Assembly: GCA_963693365.1 (NCBI GenBank)
Contig: CAVNZM010000016.1
Span: forward strand, 5,997,029-6,061,028
Origin: Amoebidium appalachense
Taxonomy: Eukaryota; Protista; Ichthyosporea
DNA: 64,000 bases
Direction: 5' to 3'
Shown: positions 1 through 41,816 of the stretch, in pieces
Layout of the letters: every line of letters begins with the position of its first letter
Numbering within the stretch: the stretch's first letter is position 1
Position numbers and translations under genes: made by a program
Notes under the pieces: model-generated
The model's input: only the letters and a program-made list of their open reading frames with translations
Database searches by the model: none
What the model was told of the DNA's origin: nothing

Positions 1-327
1 TCCACACCCACTGACACACGCACAGACACAAATGCACTCGCACACGCACACGCACGCACACGCACACGCACTCGCACTCGCACACGAACACGCACGCAGA
101 CGCACACACACACACGTATGCATTGGCACTCTTGTACACCCACACTCTCGCGGACAGTCACACACGTACTGCGCACACACGAACACATGTGCTGACCATC
201 CCCATATTTCCTTTCTACCCATGCGCTTCTTTTATTCATTTATATCTATCTTTCTCTTTTTCTTTCTTCTCATTTTTTTTTCCTGTTCTTTTCTTTTTCT
301 CATCTTGCTAACTTTTGCACGGTGCAG

Positions 328-29821
<29,494 letters not shown>

Positions 29822-30267
29822 GCCTAAATATGGTCATGCACTTGCCTATTATAGGCATGCATTTACTTATTATGGGCATGCTGCTGGCCTAATATGGTTA
29901 TTCACTTGCCAAATGTGGTTATGCACTTGCCAAATATGGGCATATTGCCTGATATGGGCACCCGCTATGTACAATCGTGTACAAGTGATGTTTATGATTT
30001 GGGCATGCCTGTGTCGACAAGAAAGCTATGCGGCATTTTGGAGTATGACAAAAACTTTGGGTTGATAGGGGTTGTTTTTTTTTGTATTTGCTCGTATGCT
30101 ACAGTAGTCGTTTTATGTTTGAAGGGGAGGTATTTTCGCTCACACTGCAGAAGGTTTTGATAGGTTTTTTGTAATTTTTTCTCAAATCAGCATATTGCAC
30201 TTGTATTCGCGAACGAAACGATGTATAATCGTAGGTGCCTTTAGTAGGGAATCGTTGTACCTAGAAT

Positions 30268-30326
<59 letters not shown>

Positions 30327-30735
30327 AGCTTGCCTGAAAAGAAGGGGGGAGGGAGGGAGGGCAGGCATGTATGTGGGTCTTTGTAGTAGTGAAACGTTCA
30401 CGCAGTCATACACACTGCGCATATGGTTGTCTCAATTTACTAGTCCGTTGACGTTGCAGGAATTGAAAGAAATCACAGCTTGTACATGTACACACCCGTC
30501 GTATGTCTTCTTCAGATTTACGAACAGGCTTTGCCGTGTGTGCTTTCATGAATAAAATCTTAATTCGTCATGAACAAGGTGTGGCGTCATGTCCGTCTTT
30601 CCATTGGATGGTTCGTTTGTTCGGGATCGACGGGAGGGAGGTGGAACGGGACCCGACATGGCACCGGCGTGTGTTTGTGCACATATACATGTACACAGTG
30701 ATGCCTAGATCTCCCTCCCCCCCCCCCTCCGGCTA

Positions 30736-30771
<36 letters not shown>

Positions 30772-31727
30772 CATTTACATGCACATGTGCGCAAACACAC
30801 GACACACACGCATACTGGGTGCCCCCCCCCCCCCCCTCCTCCCCCCCCCCGCCCCCCCCTTCCCCTACCTAGCCTATTTGTTGGCTCCATGCGTGCACAA
30901 CTGCAAATGCGCATACATACACGGTAGCAGTAGACGTTTCGAAGCGCATGAACTTGTAGGCATATCCATGCACATACACTTGATGCATGACACGGTATTG
31001 TTAAATTGGAACACACATTCTCGTGTAAGGCCATTGCCGTTGGAGGTTTGTTCATTATGCACACGTGCACCGGGTACCCAATATATATATAATACAGTGT
31101 ACCCAGTATATATATATGTACCCAGTATATACGCACACGTCGTGCACCAGCATGAATAAATATAGCTTGGATGTTTACCTTTCTTTTAAAATTTGAGTCA
31201 AATTTTGCCCTCAGCCTAGGCCTGCAGGCCAGTGTACGTTTTTTCCCGAAATTGTATTCGTATACTACCTCCGTTACGCATTGGACCCGGACGTTGGACG
31301 CGTTGGATCGAACGTCTTTTTGGTGTTCGCATAGAGATGCGTTCTTTTTTTATAAAACAAACAAAAAGGTAGGAAGATGGGGGCGCGCCGCGCGCGTGTT
31401 TGTGCACGCTTATATATGTGCATGCATGTGTATGTGTCACGGTGTGCATCCATGCGCACATTCGCGTGTGGGGGTGTGCATGTGGGTGACACTGTCTGCA
31501 TGTGTGTGTGTGAGCATGCATGTGCGCGTCTGTGCGTGGGTGTGCGTGTGCGAATGCGCATGCGTGCATGCCTGCTTTCATGTGTGTGTGTGATCACCTG
31601 CACACACTGACACTCTCCTCCCCTTCCACGCCTTTCCTTTTTCCTTGATCATGATATGTTGTGCCATTGTTCTGAGTTGTGAATATTATTATACCTGGAA
31701 GCACACGCAGTCACGTGCACACACACA

Positions 31728-31777
<50 letters not shown>

Positions 31778-32133
31778 ATGTCAAACAAACACATGTGGCG
31801 GGGATATAATCTAATGAAGGTGCTGGCAACAGGATTTATTCACAATGTACCCAAATCACCTGTCAACTATATTTGGCTATTTGTGTTGTTTAGTTTTCAG
31901 ATCTGTGGGTGCACCAGAGATCTGAGATATTGCTTGCACTAATATTTTCTAATTTATCATAGTCGTGTTAACATATTAATATATAACAAACACTCCGGAT
32001 GTATTCAAGAGAAGAATGTTTCTAGGAAGCACAACAGCGCTGGAATATATAAAAACAGCGCTAGACATGAAAAAATAATCGGCCAATTAATGCACGGCAT
32101 TAAAACCTGAACCAACGAAAGCTAGTGCTCAGC

Positions 32134-32406
32134 TCATAGAGTCATGAAGAATGCAACTTCACGAGCTGCGCTATCTGGAGAATCACTCCCGTGGGTGGCG
32201 TTGCACTGCCCGTCAATACCAAATTTGGCACGAATGCTGCAATTTCATCGGGTCAGTTAAAGTCGAAATCTTGCATCCCCCGGCCCCCCCCCTGCCCTCC
32301 CCCTCCCCCCCCCCCCCCCCCACCCCCCTTCCCCTCCCTTCTATCCCTCTCTCTCCTCGTGAGGAGTCGAAAATCCCATAGGAAAAGCTTTCTGCGTGGG
32401 TATGTG

Positions 32407-32460
<54 letters not shown>

Positions 32461-33000
32461 CGCGCGCGCGTGCGCGCACCCGCATGTGTGCACGTGTGCA
32501 GTGCTTACACGTGCACTATCTACGTGAATTGCGTGGCACATTTAGATATATGCAACCAAGCAAACTTCTGAAGAGGAGCAACGAATCCCCCCATATTCAG
32601 CCTTCTGCACAAGAACCCCCCCCCCCCCCCTCCCCCCCCTTCCCTTGCCCATCCATACCTGTGTGAATTTCCTTTCCATCTCTGCATGCATGATCCACCT
32701 TCAATCAGTACACCCATCCACCCACCACATATAACAAATGATTTGGAATATGCTTTGAAATGGAAAAAATCAAAAGGACTATGCAAAGCAACGCCGAACT
32801 GAATACACAACCGACGACGGAAACAACAGAGACGGGGGGGGGGGGGGGGGGGGGGGGGGGTTGCTTTCTACCTGTTTGGCGCCTCCTCCCGTGCCTCGTG
32901 GGAGTTTGTGGGGCCCATCAGAGCCCGCCAGCCCAAAATGGCCCCCTCCTTCTCAAGCACCAACGCAACAATCGGCCCACTGGGGGAGAGAGAGAGCAGG

Positions 33001-33044
<44 letters not shown>

Positions 33045-33210
33045 GGGGGGAGGGGGGGGGGAGGAGGGGGTCAGACACACACAGTGTGTTTCCAAAATTC
33101 AATGCGCAACGGCGAACGTGATGTATGGGTAACCGATGGTTGAGATAGCAGTGGTGGTGGTGGCTGTGGTGGCTATGTGTAGTGGAGGATGGGAGAGTCA
33201 CGTGAGAGGG

Positions 33211-33242
<32 letters not shown>

Positions 33243-33387
33243 TACTACACATTGGTGTAATCACTTGTCAAACTTGGCCCAAACCTGGCAACTTACCATT
33301 TCCTTCATACACATTTAAGCACGCACCTTGTCAAGGCGGAAGAGCCGGGTGTGTGCTTGTGTGCTTGTGTGCTTGTGTGTGTGTCAC

Positions 33388-33441
<54 letters not shown>

Positions 33442-35390
33442 TGAAGGGGGGGGGGGGGGGGGGGCTACTCCAAATACGCACAAATGCAATCAATTGCCAT
33501 ATTTCAGGTTAGCCTAGAATGTACCATTTCCTTAAAACGCATTAAAGCACACACCTGGTCATGAAGTTGCACAGGTCGTTATAGAAAGGCCGTGCCTCGT
33601 GCTCCTTATAGAACTCCCTCGCCTGCTCCATCGTCAGCTGTGTGTCCTTTCTTCCCACAACCTTAAACCCATTTTCTTTAATGAACTCAATGATAGCGTC
33701 AACGTGGCCAGCTTTAACGGCATCAGGCTTGATCATTGCATATGTCTTTTGGGTACCCCCCAGTTTCTCGAAAAATGCAATTTCACGGGCAGCGCTGGCG
33801 GGAGAGTCGCTCCCGTGGGTGGCGTTGCATTGACCGTCGATACCAAATTTGGCACGGATGCTGAAGGGGGTTACGTGAAATTTGGGTTAGCGTACGAGTT
33901 GTTGGGGTTCTAGCCCTGAAAGTTTGTGTTGAAAACAGCTTTGACTATATTCCATGGAGTGTGGAAATTACGGGAAAACATATTGCCAGTAAACGGCAAT
34001 TGTTATGACACCCTGCTTCTTCAGAGAGCAGTACAACAGTTATCCAAATAGCATACAATGCATAGCGTCTGAATGCAAAAGAAGAAAGCGCCAGACATCG
34101 AAGCGCAAGACTTTTTGTAGTAGCGAGGGTTAGACAAAAAGATGCCATAAACGGAAAATGAGAAAGTCGAGGGTGTACAGTTGGCCCGCAAAATCCCATG
34201 AGATGGAGAAAGGCGTGGTCTTTCTACCTGTTTGGCGCCTCCTCCCGTGCCTTGTGGGAGTTTGTGGGGCCCATCAGAGCCCGCCAGCCCAAAATGGCCC
34301 CCTCCTTCTCAAGCACCAACGCAACAATCGGCCCACTGGGGGAGAGAGAGAGCAGGAGGGGGGGGGGGGGGGGGGGGGGGGGGGAAGGGGTCAGAGATCT
34401 GATGCTTATATGGGGTTTGGTTTGCGAGCAAGGAAAGGAGAAACAGATTGAGGGCAATGTGTGGTGATGGTACCCGGTGGTGGATGCCCCCTCCTGGAGG
34501 GGGGGGGGGGGGGGGGGGGGGGGGGAGGGGGAGGGGGGAGGGGGATCTTGGAGCTCTCTTGGCATTTAACAAAACATCAGGAAATGCACCCACGGCACCA
34601 TTGCAAAGCTATTGGACAAGATTGATTCCCCTTTCCGATTTGTGTAGTGCATTGCTTGCCGGCCTGCAAACCACATAATTGTAAAGTTCCCGTTAAAGTA
34701 ACGGAGTTTGGTTGTTAGAATGAGAGTGAAAGCAAAGGGATCTGTGCTTTCTTGAATCTGGGCAAACACCAGCAACCAGACGGGTGCTACTACAACGTTT
34801 TAAATTATGACTTCAAAACATCGTGGGTAGGCTTCAGAGCGAACATTGACTCTTAGGGCCACCTCCCTCCCCGCCCCTTCCTTCCCATCTCCCTCTTACC
34901 TCTTCAGATACACACAAGAAGACACACAAGGACACAGACTGTCACACTAGAGATCCCACTTCGTGTGACTCTCCGTTGCTCATGTGGATGTTCGTGTTTG
35001 ATCTGCAGTAATAAGAACATCTGGCCGCCAGCTAGAGCACTATATGGGGAATGCGCGGGCAGGTCTGCGTGCAAGTGGAAAGGGGGTAGGGTGGGATGGG
35101 GTGGTGGTGGTGGTTGGGGCGGCCGGGGTTGCCGGCGGGGAGGGGGGGGGGGGGGGGGAGCAAGGTTTGCGAGAATTAAGCACACACCTGGTCATGAAGT
35201 TGCACAGGTCGTTATAGAAAGGCCGTGATTCGTGCTCCTTATAGAACTCCCTCGCCTGCTCCATCGTCAGCTGCGTGTCCTTGCGGCCAACCAGCTTAAA
35301 CCCTTTGTCCCTGATGACTTCGATGATGGCATCAACATGCCCTGCCTTGACGGCATCGGGCTTGATCATCGCATATGTCTGCTCAACCAT
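32134..35390 (-). CDS. Tandem two-domain nucleoside diphosphate kinase (group II NME-like), 275 aa
   Basis: Exons 35390-35188, 34335-34228, 33860-33555, 32979-32872 and 32236-32134 total 828 nt in frame with canonical GT-AG. Each half has TYAMIKPDAV, FYKEHE.RPFY, SGPIVALVL, LMGPTN, SIRAKFG and the catalytic NATHGSDS. Confidence 0.93.
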
Positions 35391-35564
35391 TCTGCCTAAA
35401 ACAGCCTTTGTATGTGGGGAATAGCTATAAAAAAAGAAACAGGGAGAATAGCTTGAGCTTTTGGGTTGTATGGGAGATGTGGCAAGGTGAGTAAGTGTAC
35501 AAGAAGTCTCGTTCTTTTCTGTTGTGGAGAAAAAATGCCGTTTCCAGAAATTTCTGCGTAGCTT

Positions 35565-35690
35565 ACGCTGATTGGCTAAAGAATACAAATCTACTTGTGA
35601 TTGGTTTAATAAATAACCAAATAAGGCAACCGGCGGGAATTCTGTACTCCTAAACAGGTAACTACGCGATGGTGTTACTTCATTGGCGAG
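35565..35690 (-). promoter_or_regulatory. CCAAT boxes upstream of the NDPK gene
   Basis: gattggct (about 35570), gattggtt (about 35599) and cattggc (about 35681), 180-290 bp upstream of the ATG. Confidence 0.4.
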
Positions 35691-36483
35691 TTACTTTGGA
35701 GGCGTGCAAAGATTTAGTTTCCCGTTTTCTTTATTCTATGTAACTAACTAGTTCTGCCGGACGTCCCCTCGGTTGATGCTTGTGTTGTTTATCAACTTTC
35801 TGGAATACCGACTGAATGTGCACATGCCCAGGTTGCTCACTAGTATATAGCACCCCTTTATGTATTTCCCCCCTCCCCCCCTCCCCCCCCCCCCCCTTCT
35901 CCCCTCACCCTTCCCCATCTCCCCCCCCCCCCCCCCCCCCCCTCCCCCCCGGCCACCCAACACTCCAACAACACAGCCATGAATTCTCCTTGTCTCGTTT
36001 GGGATACCCCCACCAAGGAGACTGCTTTTTTCCTGGAACTTGGTTGTGGGCCAAGGAAAACGCACAACCGAATCTTTGGGAAAGGATGTGGACCTGCATA
36101 GGCAAACAACGGGGTTTGCTGTATTATCATTGGTAATCTGGCTTAGAAGTACAGCAGTCCGGTTTGGATTTGCACAAAAGCCCTTGGTCATCTCAACAAC
36201 ATGAAACCACCTTTCATGTTACCCCAGGCACTGATCTCCTGCAGCCTTGAGGGCATGTACATATGTATCACATACTTCGGAAGATCTGTTATTTTGGGCG
36301 AAGGATTGAAACTTCTTTACTCGAAGAGCTTCAGATAATAATGGAGCGTAGTATACAGATGTGTTCCCCCCTCCACCCCACACCCACCCACCCTGTGCCA
36401 TCACAACCCGCACACACAACCACACGTACACCCGCCCCCCCCCTCACACTCCACCGTGCATATGCACATAGGCACAAACTCAC

Positions 36484-37510
36484 TCTCCTCACCACCAAAC
36501 GCCCCCTCCTGCTCAAATTCTTCTTCAGGATCTTCTGCATCCTCCCACTGGGGGCTCTCCCTTACTCCTTGTGATGCATCATACTCAACACTACCAAAAC
36601 CAACTACATCAGGAGATGACAATATATCGTTGGGTATTGAGTTGGGGTCATCATTTAGTTCGTTGAGCACCTCTTGAGAATCTGCTTGGAACGATTCATC
36701 ATTTTCCAAAAAGGCCCTACGGGATTTCTGTGCTCCACTTTCCGAAGTTGGCTCGGATGGGGCGTCAACCTGTGCTGCTGTGTGCTGTGACTCGGCCATT
36801 ATACTCTGAGAAGCAGGTTGTGTATTCTCAAACAACGACAGATGTGGTGATGTTTCACGAAGTCTCTCTGAATCCCTCTTCCCCTGTTGTTGGTCGTTAT
36901 TGATTATCCGGGTAAATGGTGGGGATGTTGTTTTCAGTTTCCTGTGTTTGGTAGCCAAAACCATGGGTATTTCCATGAGTTCATCTTCGGTTTCGCTTCC
37001 CTCCTCCACTTCTTCCTTTGGCTCTTTCACCACCTCGCCAATAAAATTCCAGGTTTCATCTGATTTTCGTTCCGAATCGTCTCCTCTTAACCCCGCATTT
37101 TCATTTTCCTTGTCCACCCCATCACGTGCGCTCTTGCTTTGTTTAGTCTGTTTTGTTGTGAGAAATGTACCAATGGTTGCCTGGCGCAGTGACTTGTTTG
37201 TGACGTTGCTGAGGGGTCTAAAAGGCAGACTACCAATTGCTCGTGAAGCTAAGGCTTTGCTGCGAAGTAATCGTTGTTTGCTTGCCTTGTTTGGAACACG
37301 GCATTGGAGCCATTGGTCATCATCTGTGGCAAAATGTTCGTTAGAAGGTGACTCGGGAAACCCTTTGAAGGAAGGGGGGGAGGGGGGGGGGGGGGGGGGG
37401 ATGGTTGGTTACAGGGGAGGTCTAGTTAATCGGTTGCTAAGGCAAGGGGGGGGGGGGGATCGTGGTGGTGGTGGTGTGGTAGTGGTGGTGGTGGTGGTGG
37501 TCGTGGTAGT

Positions 37511-37541
<31 letters not shown>

Positions 37542-39005
37542 GGGGGGGGGGGGGCTTGAGGGGAGGAATTAGTGTATCATCGTGGAGTGCCAGGATGGAG
37601 TAATCAGCGTGCTGCGTGAAACTGTGCAACATTCTGTTTGGGTGTGGGTGTGGGTGTATGGGTGTGTGCGTGTGTGGGCGCAAACGTGTGTGTGTGCGTA
37701 CGCCACAATTGATGTGTTTGTGTGCATAGTTGTCTGTGTATGCTTTTGTTTGGTAAAGATGAATGGGTGGAGGTGTGGGTGGGTGGATTAGGTAAGGGAT
37801 CAGGAGAGGGCGGGGGGAAGGGGTGGTGGGGTGGGGGAAGGGGGGGGGGGGGGGGGGGGGGGGGGGGGAGGGGTTCGGGGTGAGGGGGCATAGATTCCAC
37901 TTTTTGTGGTGGTGGGGGTGTGGTTGGGTGTGTGTGGGGGGGGGGGGGGGGGGGTGGGAGTGGGGAGGAGGAAAGGAGGAAAGAGGTAGCTACGGGGGGG
38001 GGGGGGGGGGGGGGGGGGGGTTGGAAAAGGGGTGGTAGCGGCGGGGATGGTGGTGGTTTAAGATGGGGGTGGGGGGTGGCGGGGAGGGATAGGTGGGTGA
38101 ATGGGACGAGTAGAGGGTTGGGGTGAGTGTCGGGGGAAGAGAAGGGATTGGGGGGAGGGGAGGGGGGGGGGGGGGGGGGGAGGGAGGGGACAAACAGAGT
38201 TAAGATGGAGGTCGTAGCCTAAGTAGAGGAGAGAGAAGAGAGAGCGTGAGGAGGAACAGCTCCCCTTTTCCCTCTTCCTCCCCCCCCTCCCCCCCCTCCC
38301 CCGCGCTTACCAACCCACCCACCACCCCCTCCCCCGCCCTGGGCCCTGCCCCTCCCCTGCACACACCCTGTCCGTTCCCGTTATGTGCAACTAGACCCGC
38401 CTTCACCCACCCACTTTATGCCTTTCCCCAAGAGTTTGTACAAAATCACGGACAAGCATAGAGAAAAAACGCATGCGGGCATATACTATAGGTTGTAAAG
38501 AAAGAAAACATGTATACCCGTGGACTTGCGTTTACTACCCCCACACACATGCACTACGCGTGTTTCTACTTAGACGTGTGCTTTATTGAACAAGAAGAAT
38601 GCATTCACATTCGCCTACAGTTGCAACATTTGCACGGAAAAGCTTCGGGGACTACTACGCTGCCGGCAAGGAAAAACGAACCACCACATAGTGTCAACCA
38701 ACCGCATTCGAACAGTGTGTCCTTGTGCCCCATTCCCAAAGTTGACTCACCTTCCCACAGCACACAACTACACAAAGTACCCTATATGCGGGCATAGGCA
38801 GACATTAGCCCCCCCGCCTTCCCCCCCCCCCCCCCCCCCCCCCCCCCACAAACACACACTCACACAGTCACACACCCACACACACGCACACACACACACC
38901 TCCTCGCCCTCTTCCCCTCCCCCCTCCCCTCCCTCCCTACTCCTTGTTTCACACAATCATATGCATACCTGCCGTCTCTTGATGTGATGGCTTCATGGTG
39001 CCCAT
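36484..39005 (-). CDS. Hypothetical acidic/disordered protein with KEN-box and PIP-box-like motifs (3' exons unresolved)
   Basis: Exon 39005-38969 (MGTMKPSHQETA) splices in phase to an 879-nt open non-repetitive exon, 37362-36484, which ends at a GTGAGT donor. It contains RPLSNVTN, QATIGTFL and DKENEN. Further exons probably lie at about 35.75-36.3 kb. Confidence 0.65.
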
Positions 39006-39453
39006 TGGCGTTTATGTCGCACTTGTGGTGTCTTGTAAAACGTAACAAAAAATGTCCTTAGAGCAGCCTTCTGGCCAGGAAACTATGCCCTGCCTGCTAC
39101 CTGGTCCTAAGGCTTACCACGAGCCGTTAAAAATGACAAACGGGCTTAAAGGATGTCTTTCAGAGAGATAATGAAATATTTGAACCTGCATCTGCGAGTC
39201 AGTTTTGTATTGTTGTAATGTATGGTACCCGGTGAGTGAGGCTCAGAGGAAGTTCGGGACAGCATGACTGCGGGCAGTGGCTGTGCCTAGCCTTTTAGAG
39301 TGAGAGAACTGGGCGGGCCGGTGGCGGTGAGACGGGTCGTGTGTGACCGTTTTTGCACTCCTCGTCGTTTGCTCCAATCAAAAGAGCCAAAGACAAAAAC
39401 CGCGGGAATCTATCTGGAGATTCTGGACCTCGGCTTCTCTCTCCCCCCCCCCC

Positions 39454-39487
<34 letters not shown>

Positions 39488-39653
39488 TTCAATCAAAAAG
39501 GCTTTGCCACCCCGTCAGCCCCCCCCCAATTAACCGTCCTCCACCCCATCTTCCCGCCCGTCGTTTGACCTAGGGTAGAAGCCCGTCCCCCCCCCCCCCC
39601 CGGGGCGAACAAGGGTTGGAGGAGGAGGAGGAGGAGCGGAGGGAGGGGAGGAG

Positions 39654-39692
<39 letters not shown>

Positions 39693-40284
39693 CGTGTGAC
39701 CGTGACACCCACGCCCGCGTACAGTCACAAATGTTAACGTCAGCATATTAATGGTGTACACACACACACACACACACACACACGGGTGCGCGCACACACA
39801 CACACCACACACACACACAAACGTACACACGCACGTACCCCACACCCCCGGGGCCCTCTCAGAGTCCCGCACACACACAGTACACACACACACACACACA
39901 CACACACAGCCTGACAGAAAATACACACTGACACCGCACACCAACACACACAGACACATACACACACAAACTCGTGCACAGAAACCACAACTCGGCCGCA
40001 CATACACCTGCTCACATATTGAACCTTAAAGGGCATACAGTGGCAGGCAGCACACACGCTCTCGATCCGTTGCATTACTGCATATTAATGAGCGAGGAAT
40101 AACCATTTATGTTAACGTTACATCACGGGCTCCCAAGTCCGAACCATATCAATGTTTGACAACTGTTGGTTTAATTAAGGCTATAGTGAACTTCAGCCCG
40201 CTGGTAGTGAAAACTAGACCAATAAGTACCAATACACACAGAGGCGACGCACACTTGGCATGCATGGCAAATATACAGAACAAA

Positions 40285-40286
<2 letters not shown>

Positions 40287-40341
<55 letters not shown>
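40287..40341. repeat. (TA)n microsatellite
   Basis: Seen directly; rare here compared with (CA)n. Confidence 0.9.
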
Positions 40342-40343
<2 letters not shown>

Positions 40344-40925
40344 TCATCTATGTACAAAATGCACCAGGTCCTGGCATGGGTACATCATAGACATAGCACT
40401 CTCGATAAACATAGTAATGCCCGTTGTACATGGTCCTTATTGCGTGTAATGACCCTTAATTGAAATCAGATATTTCCTACGCTTTCACGTCAAGGCAGAA
40501 AAGGAATGAGGAAATTCTGATCGCAGCAAGAAGGGGTTTATTTAGAAAGGAGCGTAGGGGATACTCTATGTTTCCATCTGGTGTGCATCTAGCCAAGGCA
40601 ATGGGTGATATCTATACATCACGCAGTATCACTTCGTATGTTTTCTGCAAAATGAGGTAACGAAATACCAGATATAACTAAATAGAATTTCCAGTCCTGG
40701 CGGCGTGCATGGCACAGGGCAGGGGATAAATTTGTCGGAGTATCTAAAAATATCTTCGCTATTAACAGAACATTAACATTGATAAAAAATTTGTACACGG
40801 AGCAAATAGGCGGTGTTATCAACGTCCTTTCACCGCCATAGGAAAACATGCTCTACCACAAAAATGTTAACCAAGATGTAATAACTACAATTGCGATAAG
40901 TGGACACTGTAGTCACATTATCCGG

Positions 40926-40960
<35 letters not shown>

Positions 40961-41188
40961 AGAACCACACCAAAGTTAAAGAGATCAGGTAAACGAAGCT
41001 AATGCATGAACAGTTGTATTCACAGTACCCTCACATCACCCCTTCCATTGAGAAGGCAATGTGGGTCGGTCAATACACTGGAAAAGAGTAACCACGTTGT
41101 TCCATCCAACGAAGGAGAAAAAAAAACCCACAAACCCGCAGATACCATCATTGAACTAGAAGCGCGCATGCGCGGGTGCGCGCGCGCG

Positions 41189-41259
<71 letters not shown>

Positions 41260-41816
41260 GAAAGAAAAAAAAAACCACACAAAAGAAAAGAAAAGAAAAG
41301 AAAAGAAAAGAAAAGCAAGCAAGAAAGAAAAGAAATAATTAAACAAGTAAAGAAACTTTGAAGACAAGGTAAAAAAAAAGGAAAGGTCACAAAAGAGTAA
41401 CTCATCTGCACTCTCCAGCTCCCCTTCGATAAGTGCACATCGTGGCTACACGGCGCAGAGTCAACATTTTGTAGGCTAGTCACGTGACTACTGGGCCCAT
41501 GGGCGCCAAGTCTTACCCTCCTGCTGCTTTGTGTCATCTTGGGTCTGAAAGTAGGTCAAGGTCAGGGGGTGTGCCTGGAGATAAAAGTGATGGTGGTGGT
41601 GGGTGGATTGGGGGAGGGGGGGGGAGGGGGGGGGGGGGGGAGGGTGGGAGGGAGGGAGGGAGGGGGGGTGGGGGGGTTGGAAGAGTAAACCAGAGTTGAG
41701 GTGGTTTTTTGAGAGCAAACAAGAATTGGTGGTTTTTAAAGGAGTAAACGGGCGTTGAGGTGGTTTGATTATTAACCGGACACCAGGAATGTGCCAATGG
41801 GACCGAAGGGTGCTTA

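Noticed and set aside
29826-30010. ORFs and imperfect repeats of about 22 bp (atatgggcat) after the MED13 stop
   Set aside because: A degenerate tandem repeat in the presumed 3' UTR, with no coding signal.
32134-35390. Two separate tandem NDPK genes
   Set aside because: Exon 33860-33555 reads through from the end of domain 1 into domain 2 without a stop.
40460-40860. Possible transposase remnant in an AT-rich stretch (EFPVLAA-like peptide)
   Set aside because: Only short interrupted frames, with no further motif support.
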